Source of the DNA: Pseudomonadota bacterium
Lineage (GTDB): Bacteria; Pseudomonadota; Alphaproteobacteria; Caulobacterales; Parvularculaceae
Direction of reading: 5' to 3'
Length of the DNA: 64,000 nt
Assembly: GCA_049324555.1 (NCBI GenBank)
Contig: JBMOOR010000157.1
Location: forward strand, 23,563 to 87,562
Both the position numbers and the translations under genes were made by a program. Below are positions 36,624 through 45,894 of the stretch, one piece after another. The number at the start of each line of letters is the position of its first letter. Within the stretch, counting starts at the first letter, position 1. The notes under the pieces are model-generated. The model saw only the letters and a list, made by a program, of their open reading frames with translations, was not told where the DNA came from and did no database searches.

Positions 36624-37399
36624 CCCGTTCTCATTCCCGTACCCGCGCCTTGCTCCTCAGCACGACCATGCTGACGGCGCCCGTCCTCCTTTCAACCACG
36701 ATGGTAACGCCAGCCTACGCACTATTCGGCGTCGGCGACATCGTGTTCGACCCCTCCAACTATGCCGAGAACGTGCTGTCGGCGGCTCGCGCGCTGGAGC
36801 AGATCAACAATCAGATTCAGAGTCTCCAGAACGAAGCGCAGGTGCTCATCAATCAGGCGCGCAATCTCGCGAGCCTGCCTTATTCCTCGCTTCAGCAGCT
36901 CCAGCAATCGGTGCAGCGGACGCAGCAGCTTCTGGCGCAGGCGCAACGCATCGCCTTCGACGTCCAGCAGATCGACCAGGCGTTTCAGCAGCAATATCGC
37001 AACATCTCTCTATCGACGAGCGATCAGCAGCTTGTCGCCGACGCCCGGTCGCGCTGGCAGAACACGGTTGGCGGCCTTCAGGACGCCTTGCGCGTGCAGG
37101 CTGGCGTCGTCGGCAACATCGACACGAACCGCGCCGAGATGGCTGCGCTGGTCGGGCAGAGCCAGGGCGCGACCGGCGCGCTTCAGGCGACCCAGGCCGG
37201 CAATCAGCTTCTCGCGCTCCAGGCGCAGCAGCTCGCCGATCTCACAGCCGTCGTGGCGGCGAACGGTCGAGCGCAGGCGCTGGCGGAAGCAGAACGCGCG
37301 GCGGCAGCCGAACAAGGCCGCGAACAGCGCCGACGGTTCCTGACGCCCGGCGCCGGATACCAGCCCGGCAACGCCCGCATGTTCCCCGGTAGCAACTGA
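36620..37399 (+). CDS. trbJ: TrbJ/VirB5
   Basis: IVFDPSNYAENVL, GALQATQAGNQLLA. Confidence 0.92.
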   Translation: MTRSHSRTRALLLSTTMLTAPVLLSTTMVTPAYALFGVGDIVFDPSNYAENVLSAARALEQINNQIQSLQNEAQVLINQARNLASLPYSSLQQLQQSVQRTQQLLAQAQRIAFDVQQIDQAFQQQYRNISLSTSDQQLVADARSRWQNTVGGLQDALRVQAGVVGNIDTNRAEMAALVGQSQGATGALQATQAGNQLLALQAQQLADLTAVVAANGRAQALAEAERAAAAEQGREQRRRFLTPGAGYQPGNARMFPGSN

Positions 37400-37408
37400 G
37401 GACACGCC

Positions 37409-37687
37409 ATGGACGGCAAGATACTGGCTAGATTGGGCGCCGTCGTCTTCGTCGCCTTCGCCATCACCGCGACGGCGATCGAGATGACGCGAAAAGACGA
37501 TGCGCCGACGCGGCGACCGGCCCCCGTTCTTGAACCTTCGCGCGATCCGCTGCGCGAAGGCCAGCGCCGATGCCAGCAACTCGGCGAGGCGGCGGCGAAT
37601 GACGCCGATTGCCTGCGCGTTTGGGCAGAGACGCGCGATCGTTTCCTCGGCCGCACCCCGCCGCCCGCTTCAAACGAGAGGCGGTGA
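37409..37687 (+). CDS. trbK: TrbK-alt (putative entry exclusion)
   Basis: MDGKILARLGAVVFVAFAITA...RRCQQLG..AA.DA.C...WAE.R.RFLG. Confidence 0.8.
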   Translation: MDGKILARLGAVVFVAFAITATAIEMTRKDDAPTRRPAPVLEPSRDPLREGQRRCQQLGEAAANDADCLRVWAETRDRFLGRTPPPASNERR

Positions 37688-37690
37688 TCC

Positions 37691-39031
37691 GTGGGTGGCT
37701 CAGGCGTCATCGACAATTTCCTGGCGGTCTTCACCAGCTACATCGACTCCGGTTTCGGCCTGCTCAGCGGCGAGGTGGCGTTCATCGCGACGACGCTGAT
37801 CGTCATCGACGTGACGCTCGCTGCGCTGTTCTGGAGCTGGGGCGCCGATGACGACATCATCGCGCGCCTCGTCAAGAAGACGCTGTTCGTCGGCGTGTTC
37901 GCCTACATCATCGGCAACTGGAATAGTCTCGCTCAAATCGTGTTCGAGAGCTTCGCCGGCCTCGGCCTGCAAGCCTCCGGCACCAGCTTCTCGGCACAGG
38001 ATCTGATGCGCCCCGGCCGCGTCGCGCAGACTGGACTCGACGCGGCCCGGCCGCTGCTCGAATCCATCTCCGACCTCATGGGATGGATCGCGTTCTTCGA
38101 GAACTTCATCCAGATCGCGTGCCTGTTGTTCGCCTGGGCGCTTGTGCTGCTCGCATTCTTCATCCTCGCCATCCAGCTCTTCATCACGCTTATCGAGTTC
38201 AAGCTGACGACCCTCGCGGGCTTCGTGCTCATCCCGTTCGGCCTTTTCGGCAAGACCGCCTTCATGGCCGAACGGGTGCTCGGCAACGTCATCTCGTCCG
38301 GCATCAAAGTGCTGGTGCTCGCGGTCATCATCGGCATCGGCTCAACGCTGTTCGGCCAGTTCACCGCTGGTTTCGGCGGTCAGACACCGACCATCGACGA
38401 CGCCATGGCGATCGTGCTGGCGGCGCTGTCGCTCCTTGGACTCGGCATCTTCGGCCCCGGCATCGCCAACGGGCTGGTGAGCGGCGGCCCGCAACTCGGC
38501 GCGGGTTCGGCCGTCGGCACCGGCCTTGTAGCGGGCGGCATGGTCCTCGCGGGCGGCGCTGCCGCCGGTCTCGCAGCTCGCGGCGGAGCCGCAGCGCTTT
38601 CCGGTGGCGCCGCCGCTGTGCGGGGAGGCGCTTCTGCGGTTGGCGCCGCTTCCGCTGCTTACAGCATGGGCTCTCTCGGCCAATCTGGCGCGGCTGGTGT
38701 CGCCTCCGGTCTCGGCGGCGTCGCACGCGCCGCAGGAGGCGCGGCGGCGTCGCCCCTTCGTCGCGCGGCCGCAGGCGTCAAATCCAGCTTCTCCGCCGGC
38801 GTGAAACAAGGCTTCAGCGCCACTGGCGGTTCTTCAACCATGGGCACAATCGGCGGCGGCGAAGCGGCCTCGACAACATCCGCGGCTGACGGCTCGCCGG
38901 CGTGGGCGCGGCGCATGAAGCGCGGTCAGGCCATGAGCCACAGCGTCACCGTCGCTGCGCATGCGATCCGCTCCGGCGACAGCCATGGCGGCGGCTCTTC
39001 CGTCAATCTCTCCGAAGGCGACAAAACATGA
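37691..39031 (+). CDS. trbL: TrbL/VirB6
   Basis: YIDSGFGLL, IEFKLTTLAG, Gly/Ala-rich tail. Confidence 0.93.
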   Translation: MGGSGVIDNFLAVFTSYIDSGFGLLSGEVAFIATTLIVIDVTLAALFWSWGADDDIIARLVKKTLFVGVFAYIIGNWNSLAQIVFESFAGLGLQASGTSFSAQDLMRPGRVAQTGLDAARPLLESISDLMGWIAFFENFIQIACLLFAWALVLLAFFILAIQLFITLIEFKLTTLAGFVLIPFGLFGKTAFMAERVLGNVISSGIKVLVLAVIIGIGSTLFGQFTAGFGGQTPTIDDAMAIVLAALSLLGLGIFGPGIANGLVSGGPQLGAGSAVGTGLVAGGMVLAGGAAAGLAARGGAAALSGGAAAVRGGASAVGAASAAYSMGSLGQSGAAGVASGLGGVARAAGGAAASPLRRAAAGVKSSFSAGVKQGFSATGGSSTMGTIGGGEAASTTSAADGSPAWARRMKRGQAMSHSVTVAAHAIRSGDSHGGGSSVNLSEGDKT

Positions 39032-39717
39032 GCTTCTTCAAACGACCCGCGACTCACTATGGCAAGTCGCCGGAACCCGAAACGCCCTATCAGAAGGCCG
39101 CGCAGGTCTGGGATGAGCGCATCGGCTCCGCCCGCGTGCAGGCGAAGAACTGGCGCCTTATGGCCTTCGGCTGCCTGTTCCTCTCCGCCGGCTTCGCCGC
39201 TGCGCTGGTTTGGCAATCGGCGCGAGGGACGATCGTTCCCTGGGTGGTGCAAGTTGACAATCTCGGCCAAGCGCAAGCCGTTGCGCCGGCCACGGCCGAC
39301 TATCGGCCAACCGATCCGCAAGTGGCGTGGCATCTCGCGCGCTTCATCGAGCAGGTCAGGAGCATTCCGGCCGACGCGATCGTCGTGCGCCAGAACTGGC
39401 TTCGCGCCTACGAGTTCACGACCGATCGCGGTGCCGCTGCGCTCAACGACTACGCTCGCGCCAACGACCCGTTCACTCGCGTCGGCCGGCAACAGATCGC
39501 CGTCGAGGTGTCGAGCGTCATCCGCGCATCGCCTGACAGCTTCCGCGTCGCCTGGATCGAGCGTCGCTACGAGAACGGCCAGCTTGCCGCCACCGAACGC
39601 TGGACCGCGATCCTCACCATTGTCGTGCAGCAACCGCGCGACGCCGAACGGCTGAGAGCCAATCCGCTCGGCATCTACGTCAACGCCATCAACTGGTCGA
39701 AGGAGCTAGGACAATGA
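39028..39717 (+). CDS. trbF: TrbF/VirB8
   Basis: PETPYQKAAQVWDERIGSARVQAKNWR, NPLGIYV. Confidence 0.93.
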   Translation: MSFFKRPATHYGKSPEPETPYQKAAQVWDERIGSARVQAKNWRLMAFGCLFLSAGFAAALVWQSARGTIVPWVVQVDNLGQAQAVAPATADYRPTDPQVAWHLARFIEQVRSIPADAIVVRQNWLRAYEFTTDRGAAALNDYARANDPFTRVGRQQIAVEVSSVIRASPDSFRVAWIERRYENGQLAATERWTAILTIVVQQPRDAERLRANPLGIYVNAINWSKELGQ

Positions 39718-40751
39718 CACCTGCCTTCCGCAAAGCCGGGAGGCCGGCTTTTCTCCTCCATGAATCGAAAGCCTCATTCGCGGCTTTGCTGCTTGCCGCA
39801 TCCGCCCTTGGCGGCTGCGCGACGATGCAGAAACCGCCGGAGATCAGCTACGACAACGCTATCCCGGCGACGCTTCAGGCCGACCCGCCATCGCCGGTGC
39901 GCATCGTCGAGCTGCCGCGACCCTTGCCGCTTCCCGGACAGTTGCAGCCGGTCGAGGAAACGCGCAGCACGCCCGAACCCACCGATCCCACGGCGCGCGT
40001 GAACGAGGCCAACGCCTCCGCGCGGGTGCAGCCGGTGCGCGATGGCTTCATCAATTCGATGCAGGTCTATCCGTTCACGCAGGGCGCGCTCTATCAAGTC
40101 TATACGGCCGTCGGCCAGATCACCGATATCGCGCTTCAGCCGGGCGAAAACCTTGTCGGCGCAGGCCCGGTCGCCGCTGGCGATACCGTGCGCTGGATCA
40201 TCGGCGACACCGAGAGCGGAACGGGCGCGACACGGCAAATCCATATTCTCGTCAAGCCGACGCGGCCGGGCCTCACCACCAATCTCGTCATCAATACAGA
40301 CCGGCGCACCTATCACATGGAGCTGCGTTCGACCGAACGCACCTACATGGCGTCCGTCTCGTGGCAGTATCCGCAAGATCAACTTATCGCGCTCCGCCGT
40401 CAGAACACGGAAGCGGAAACACAGCGGCCCGTCGCCACCGGCGTCGATCTCGCCAACGTGAATTTCCGCTACGCGATCGAAGGCGACCGCGCGCCGTGGC
40501 GGCCACAGCGCGCCTTCGATGACGGCCGACAGGTCTTCATCGAGTTTCCACGCGGCATCGGCCAGGGCGAAATGCCGCCGCTCTTCATCGTCGGTCCCGA
40601 GGGCGACACGTCGGAGCTGGTCAACTACCGCGTCAGCGGTCGGTACATGATCGTCGACCGCCTGTTCGCCGCCGCCGAACTGCGCCTTGGCGCCGATCGC
40701 AATCAGCGGCGCGTGCGCATCGTGCGGACCGACGGGAGCCCGTCGTCATGA
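39714..40751 (+). CDS. trbG: TrbG/VirB9
   Basis: Lipobox LGGC; GDTVRWII, NLVINTDRRTY, ELVNYRV. Confidence 0.93.
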   Translation: MTPAFRKAGRPAFLLHESKASFAALLLAASALGGCATMQKPPEISYDNAIPATLQADPPSPVRIVELPRPLPLPGQLQPVEETRSTPEPTDPTARVNEANASARVQPVRDGFINSMQVYPFTQGALYQVYTAVGQITDIALQPGENLVGAGPVAAGDTVRWIIGDTESGTGATRQIHILVKPTRPGLTTNLVINTDRRTYHMELRSTERTYMASVSWQYPQDQLIALRRQNTEAETQRPVATGVDLANVNFRYAIEGDRAPWRPQRAFDDGRQVFIEFPRGIGQGEMPPLFIVGPEGDTSELVNYRVSGRYMIVDRLFAAAELRLGADRNQRRVRIVRTDGSPSS

Positions 40752-41956
40752 GTGAAGACGAGCGCCGTGAAGAAGATGAAGGCGCCCCGCTGACAGGCTC
40801 GCCGACCGACACGGCGGCGCCCATGCGGCTACGCGCCGAAACGCCGCGCGTCACGCGCCTGTCGCGCAAGGTGCTAGGCGGCCTCGGCGTGGTCGTCTGC
40901 CTCGGCATCGGCGGCGCGCTGATCTACGCGCTCCAGACACGCGACGCCGGCACTAGAAACGAGGAGCTTTACTCCACGGAAAACCGCGCCGCGGCTGACG
41001 GTCTAGCGAGGATGCCGCGTGACTATACAGGACCGATCCTTGGCCCCGCTCTTCCTGGCGACCTCGGCCGTCCGATCCTCGACGCTCAAAACCGGGGACA
41101 GCCAGTCGCGCCACCTGCCATCGCAGCGCCCGCCGCAAACCCCGAAGAACAACGCAGGCTTCAGGAGCTTGAGGCGGCGCGCACCGCGCGGCTGTTCGCG
41201 TCCGTGGAAACGCGGACCACACAGCCGCTTGCGACCTCGCCGGAGACGCTGGCGCCGGCGCAACCGTCGCTCGCGAGTCTTGGCCTGGCGCCGCAGCCCG
41301 CGCAGCCCACCGCGCAAGAACGGCAGGTCGCGTTTCTCAAGGGCGCGGTCGACCGTCGCACGGTCGCGCTCGATCGCGTCGTTGCGCCAGCATCTCCCTA
41401 TGTGCTGCAGGCGGGCTCCATCATCGCCGCCGCGCTCATTACCGGCATTCGCTCCGATCTTCCGGGCCAGATCACGGCGCAGGTGACGGAGAACATCTAT
41501 GACAGCCCGACCGGCCGCATCCTGGTCGTGCCCCAGGGCACGCGCATCATCGGCGAATACAGCAACGATGTCGGCTTCGGGCAGCGCCGCGTATTGCTCG
41601 TGTGGAACAGGCTGATTTTCCCGAACGGCCGCTCGATCGTTCTGGAACGCCAGCCCGGCGCCGACACGCAGGGTTATGCCGGTCTCGAGGACGGCGTCGA
41701 TTATCATTGGCTCGATCTCGCCAAGGCAGCCGGTCTCTCGACGCTGCTCGCCGTTGGCGCGGAACTCGCCGTTGATGACGACGATCGCTTGTTGCGCGCG
41801 ATCCGCAACGGCGCTCAGGACACCATCAACGACGCCGGCCAGCAGATAGTTCGCCGCCAGCTCAACATCGCGCCGACACTGACCATTCGTCCGGGCTTCC
41901 CCGTCCGCGTCATCGTCACCCGCGATCTCGTCCTTGAACCCTACGGAGCATCCTGA
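40748..41956 (+). CDS. trbI: TrbI/VirB10
   Basis: GSIIAAALITGIRSDLPGQI, WNRLIFPNG, PTLTIRPG. Confidence 0.95.
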   Translation: MSEDERREEDEGAPLTGSPTDTAAPMRLRAETPRVTRLSRKVLGGLGVVVCLGIGGALIYALQTRDAGTRNEELYSTENRAAADGLARMPRDYTGPILGPALPGDLGRPILDAQNRGQPVAPPAIAAPAANPEEQRRLQELEAARTARLFASVETRTTQPLATSPETLAPAQPSLASLGLAPQPAQPTAQERQVAFLKGAVDRRTVALDRVVAPASPYVLQAGSIIAAALITGIRSDLPGQITAQVTENIYDSPTGRILVVPQGTRIIGEYSNDVGFGQRRVLLVWNRLIFPNGRSIVLERQPGADTQGYAGLEDGVDYHWLDLAKAAGLSTLLAVGAELAVDDDDRLLRAIRNGAQDTINDAGQQIVRRQLNIAPTLTIRPGFPVRVIVTRDLVLEPYGAS

Positions 41957-42186
41957 TGAGCAAGCTCAAGCTCGGCCCGCTCGCCGACGACAAGCCCGTC
42001 AAGGTCTCGCTGGAGCTACCTGCCGCGCTTCACCGCGATCTTGTCGCCTACGCCGAAGCGCTGGCGCGGGAAACCGGCCAGCCCGCCGCCGATCCTGTCC
42101 GCCTGATCGCGCCTATGCTGGAGCGCTTCATCACGACGGATCGCGGATTCGCGAAGGCGCGGCGCGCGGCGGCGAACACGAAATAG
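41956..42186 (+). CDS. DUF2274 protein
   Basis: KLKLGPLADDKPVKVSLELPA.LHRDL..YA. Confidence 0.85.
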   Translation: MSKLKLGPLADDKPVKVSLELPAALHRDLVAYAEALARETGQPAADPVRLIAPMLERFITTDRGFAKARRAAANTK

Positions 42187-42188
42187 CG

Positions 42189-42443
42189 ATGCCACGCTCG
42201 CGCGCTCATCGCCGCAACGGCCGACCGCGCCGTCCAATCCCCGGCGCCCTGCCGGACGATCTCTATGACTACTACACTCAGGAGCCGACGCCGAAGCGCG
42301 GTCATCCGCCAAATGTTGCGGTCGAAACCTGGCGCGTCGTCGACGACTGGCCCGAGCGCGTACCCGTCACGGAAGCCGAAGTGGACGTGTTCGAGGCGTG
42401 GTTTGGCGACCTGTTCGACGAACTGTTCGGGCCGTCCAGATAG
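42189..42443 (+). CDS. Small hypothetical protein, basic N-terminus and acidic/aromatic C-terminus (84 aa)
   Basis: ATG 3 nt after the DUF2274 stop; ends WRVVDDWPERVPVTEAEVDVFEAWFGDLFDELFGPSR. Confidence 0.55.
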   Translation: MPRSRAHRRNGRPRRPIPGALPDDLYDYYTQEPTPKRGHPPNVAVETWRVVDDWPERVPVTEAEVDVFEAWFGDLFDELFGPSR

Positions 42444-42478
42444 GGGCTGTCCTGACAAAGACATGGGGACGGTGGAGC

Positions 42479-42507
42479 TTGCATTGTGAGGCCAAATGAC
42501 GTACATT
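42479..42507 (+). promoter_or_regulatory. sigma70-type promoter of the TA-recombinase operon
   Basis: TTGCAT-N17-TACATT, overlapped by imperfect IR CCAAATG..CATTGG. Confidence 0.6.
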
Positions 42508-42543
42508 GGAGGAGAAATGGAAATTCGGTTTGGAAGCCCCCCA

Positions 42544-42852
42544 ATGCCACGCAAGCAAGCAAAGACCGAACATCGGGACGCCCTGGGCCGGGTCGAACGG
42601 CTCGGATTCCGGATCGACGAGGAGACGAAGGATCTCATCGAGCGCGCCGCGCATCTATCACGGCGCAAGGTGAGCGACTTCTGCGTCACCGCGCTCGCCG
42701 AGACCGCGCGCAGGACCATCGCCGAGCACGAGACGCTCATCCTTTCCGACCGCGACCGCAAGGCCTTCTTCGACGCGCTCACCAATCCGCCCGAGCCAAG
42801 CGAACGGCTGAAGCGCGCGCTCGCCGAACACAAGCGCCGCGTCGCCTCCTAA
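42544..42852 (+). CDS. DUF1778 RHH antitoxin (TacA/AtaR-like); alternative start 42517
   Basis: RLGFRIDEETKDLIERAA...VSDF...LILSDRDRKAFFDALTNPPEPSERLKRA. Confidence 0.9.
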   Translation: MPRKQAKTEHRDALGRVERLGFRIDEETKDLIERAAHLSRRKVSDFCVTALAETARRTIAEHETLILSDRDRKAFFDALTNPPEPSERLKRALAEHKRRVAS

Positions 42853-42875
42853 GAAGCGGACCGCACAAGAAGGGC

Positions 42876-43601
42876 ATGCAAGACCAAATGCCGAAACCTG
42901 TCACCCAGCCGATTGAGGTTTACTGCGCACTCATGGAAGAGGTGAAGCGCCGCATCGCGGTTGTGCGGCAGTTCACCCATGGAAAGATTACGCTCGGACG
43001 CGACGATTTCGACGCCGAGACCTTATGCGTACACCTCAGAAAGATTCTTGAGACGATTGCCTTCGGGTCGCTCGTCGCGCATCGCGATGCTTATGAGTCC
43101 GTACATAAGGACCTCGAAAGCCGCTGGCGCGCGAAGGAAATACTCACGCGCATCGGGAATGTTCACGCCAACTTCTATCCGAAGCCCGTGACGCCCGGCC
43201 AAATTCACGGCAAATGGCACATGGAAGAGGTCTCGACCGGCTTCCTGACGCAAACCGAGTTCGAGACGCTTTACGACAAGTGCGGCGACATGCTGCACTT
43301 CTGGAATCCATATCGCGCAGGCCCGCGGATGATGGATTTCGGGCGCAGCCTCGACGAATGGTGCGATCTGATCGAGAACCTGCTGCGCCATCACATTGTA
43401 TGGATACGCACTGGAGCCGAGCCGCGTGTCTGCGTGGATGGTGTGCCAGAGTCGGGCGAAGGCTGGCTGATCTATTTGAGCCATCCCAAGGACGGCAAGA
43501 CGCATGCGTTCCGGTTCGAGCCATCGCCGTCAGAACCCGCAACTCGTGATGATGCCGGAGTCGCTCGCGACGCCGAGACATTCAGCGCAACGCGGGTCTA
43601 G
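42876..43601 (+). CDS. Hypothetical helical protein, HEPN-like (241 aa)
   Basis: Clean ORF between antitoxin and toxin; LCVHLRKILETIA and LYDKCGDMLH resemble the N- and C-terminal HEPN/DUF4145 helices. Confidence 0.6.
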   Translation: MQDQMPKPVTQPIEVYCALMEEVKRRIAVVRQFTHGKITLGRDDFDAETLCVHLRKILETIAFGSLVAHRDAYESVHKDLESRWRAKEILTRIGNVHANFYPKPVTPGQIHGKWHMEEVSTGFLTQTEFETLYDKCGDMLHFWNPYRAGPRMMDFGRSLDEWCDLIENLLRHHIVWIRTGAEPRVCVDGVPESGEGWLIYLSHPKDGKTHAFRFEPSPSEPATRDDAGVARDAETFSATRV

Positions 43602-43606
43602 TTTGC

Positions 43607-44128
43607 ATGGCGCCGCCGCGGCCGGACCTGAAGATCGAGCCGCTCGGGTCCCATCACGATCGCGAGGGATTCGCCTGTGGCGTGGACAGCCTCGACCGCT
43701 ACCTGCGGACGCAGGCGAGCCAGGACGTGCGCCGCAAGGCGAACGGCGTTTTCATCCTCGTCGAGCCCGAAAGGCCGAAGACCGTGCTTGGCTACTACAC
43801 GCTCTGCGCCACGGGGCTGGCGCAGGGCGATGTCCCCGCCGCCGCGCGCAAGCATGTGCCGCGCTATCCGCTGGTCAGCGCCACGCTGATTGGCCGCCTT
43901 GCGGTCTCCGAAGCACGGCAAGGGGAGCGGCTGGGCGCGATGCTGCTCGCCGACGCCGTGCGCCGCGCCCATGCGAGCGCCTCGACCGTCGGCTCGTCGA
44001 TGCTGGTGGTGGATGCGATCAATGAGCGCGCCGCCGCCTTCTATGAGGGCAACGGTTTCGTCCGTCTGCCGGAGTCATCGCGGCTCATCCTGCCCATGCA
44101 CGTTATCGAGAAGATGCTGAAGCCATGA
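43607..44128 (+). CDS. GNAT acetyltransferase toxin (TacT/AtaT-like)
   Basis: HDREGFACGVDSLDRYL, LGYYTL, LIGRLAVS...QGERLGAMLLADA, LVVDAINERAAAFY. Confidence 0.9.
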   Translation: MAPPRPDLKIEPLGSHHDREGFACGVDSLDRYLRTQASQDVRRKANGVFILVEPERPKTVLGYYTLCATGLAQGDVPAAARKHVPRYPLVSATLIGRLAVSEARQGERLGAMLLADAVRRAHASASTVGSSMLVVDAINERAAAFYEGNGFVRLPESSRLILPMHVIEKMLKP

Positions 44129-45807
44129 CAGATGCTACACCAATACGAAGCAACGCCGCGACGGCCGGCGCGCCGCTGAAAGCGGCGCTCTATCTGCGCG
44201 TCTCGACCGTGCGGCAGGCCGAGCATGACGTGTCGATCCCCGACCAGCGCAACCAGGGCGAGGCATATTGCGCTTCGCGCGGCTATCAGCTCGTTGAAAC
44301 TTTTGTCGAAGCCGGCGCTTCGGCCACCAACGACCGCCGGCCCGAGTTCCAGCGAATGATCGAAGCCGGCACGTCGAAACCTGCGCCCTTCGATGTCGTT
44401 GTGGTTCACAGCTTCTCGCGCTTCTTCCGCGATCACTTCGAGTTGGAGTTCTACGTCCGCAAGCTCGCTAAGAACGGTATCAAGCTCGTCTCCATCACGC
44501 AGGAGATGGGCGACGATCCGATGCACGTCATGATGCGACAGATCATGGCGCTGTTCGACGAGTATCAATCCAAGGAAAACGCCAAGCACGTCTTGCGCGC
44601 GATGAACGAGAACGCCCGGCAGGGCTTCTGGAACGGCGCGCTGCCGCCGATCGGCTATCGCATAGTCGCCGCCGAGCAGCGGGGATCGAAGACCAAGAAG
44701 AAGCTGGAAATCGACCCGTTGCACGCCGACACGGTGCGGTTGATCTATCGACTGTTCATTGAAGGCGATGGCGTATCCGGGCCGATGGGCGTCAAGGCCA
44801 TTACATGCTATCTCAACGAACGTCGCATCTTCACCCGTGACGGCGGGCGCTGGGGCCTCGCACAGATCCATGCCGTCCTGACTCGCACGACCTATATCGG
44901 CGAGCACAGGTTCAACGCCCGCTCGCACAAGGACCGGGAGAGGAAGCCCGAGAGCGAGGTCGCGATCATGGCTGTGCCGCCGCTGATCGACCGCGAGACC
45001 TTTGATGCCGTGCAGGCTCGCCTCAAGTCACGCCAACCCATGGTGACACCCTCGCGTGTCTCAAGTGGCCCCACGCTACTCACGGGCATCTGCTTCTGCG
45101 CCAAATGCGGGGGCGCGATGACGCTTCGGACTGGCAAGGGCAGCGCGGGCGGCATGTATCGCTACTACACCTGCTCGACGAAAGCGCGGCAGGGCAAGAC
45201 CGGTTGCAAGGGCCGTTCGATTCCGATGACCAAGCTCGACCATCTTGTCGCCGATCACATCGGGGATCGCTTGCTTCAGCCCGAGCGGTTGGAGACCATC
45301 CTTGCCAGTGTTCTCGACCGCCGCCAGGAGCGCACCGAGCGGCGCCGCGAGCACCTTGCCGAACTCAACAGACGGATCACCGAAACAGATCAACGGCTCA
45401 ATCGGCTTTACGACGCCATTGAGGCCGGCGTGGCCGATCTTGATGACCCCGCTTTGAAAGAGCGCATCGCCGGCCTCAAGGCGCTTCGGGACCAGGCTAA
45501 CGCTGATGCTGAGCGCACGCAGGCATCACTGGACAATGACGGCAACCAAGCCGTCGGTGTCGACATGATCCGAACTTTTGCCCACACCGCCCGCGAACGG
45601 CTGCGACTGGAAAACGGCGGCTATCGGCGGGATCACCTGCGCGCGTTGGCGCAGCGCGTCGAGGTGGCCGACAAGGAGGTTCGCATCATGGGAACGAAGT
45701 CGGAACTGCTCCGCACCCTGGTCGCCGCTTCAAGCGGGAAATCGGCGGCTGTTGGCGTTCGCAGTTCTGTACTGAAATGGCGCACCCAACAGGATTCGAA
45801 CCTGTGA
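44125..45807 (+). CDS. Large serine recombinase (ICE integrase)
   Basis: ALYLRVST catalytic Ser, [16 protein letters not shown], recombinase domain, Zn ribbon CAKCG...YYTC. Confidence 0.95.
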   Translation: MTDATPIRSNAATAGAPLKAALYLRVSTVRQAEHDVSIPDQRNQGEAYCASRGYQLVETFVEAGASATNDRRPEFQRMIEAGTSKPAPFDVVVVHSFSRFFRDHFELEFYVRKLAKNGIKLVSITQEMGDDPMHVMMRQIMALFDEYQSKENAKHVLRAMNENARQGFWNGALPPIGYRIVAAEQRGSKTKKKLEIDPLHADTVRLIYRLFIEGDGVSGPMGVKAITCYLNERRIFTRDGGRWGLAQIHAVLTRTTYIGEHRFNARSHKDRERKPESEVAIMAVPPLIDRETFDAVQARLKSRQPMVTPSRVSSGPTLLTGICFCAKCGGAMTLRTGKGSAGGMYRYYTCSTKARQGKTGCKGRSIPMTKLDHLVADHIGDRLLQPERLETILASVLDRRQERTERRREHLAELNRRITETDQRLNRLYDAIEAGVADLDDPALKERIAGLKALRDQANADAERTQASLDNDGNQAVGVDMIRTFAHTARERLRLENGGYRRDHLRALAQRVEVADKEVRIMGTKSELLRTLVAASSGKSAAVGVRSSVLKWRTQQDSNL

Positions 45808-45854
45808 CCTCCACCTTCGGAGGGTGGCGCTCTATCCAGCTGAGCTATGGGTGC
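45778..45854 (-). tRNA. tRNA-Arg (anticodon CCG), ICE integration site
   Basis: Minus strand GCACCCATAGCTCAGCTGGATAGAGCGCCACCCTCCGAAGGTGGAGGTCACAGGTTCGAATCCTGTTGGGTGCGCCA; stem CCACC/GGTGG, loop CT-CCG-AA, CCA end; 77 nt. Confidence 0.97.
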
Positions 45855-45865
45855 ATCGCCGTTGC

Positions 45866-45894
45866 GCCTAGCCCGAGTGACGGACGACGGTCAA
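45866..45894 (-). promoter_or_regulatory. Promoter of tRNA-Arg
   Basis: Minus strand TTGACC-N17-CTAGGC. Confidence 0.6.

Larger units (their letters stand above)
1..45780. mobile_element. Tn4371/ICEMlSym-like integrative conjugative element, right part; left end outside window
   Basis: Complete trb T4SS + TraG + relaxase + TraF + RdfS-like backbone ending in a large serine recombinase abutting the 3' end of tRNA-Arg; housekeeping genes begin beyond the tRNA. Confidence 0.9.

Noticed and set aside
42486-42875. 371-aa version of the middle TA gene overlapping the antitoxin
   Set aside because: The N-terminal 130 aa are an out-of-frame read-through of the antitoxin; coding-like sequence starts at 42876 or 42888
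1-45777. Second copy of the tRNA 3' end (attL)
   Set aside because: Not seen by eye in the window; the left junction is probably upstream, and serine recombinases need only a short core
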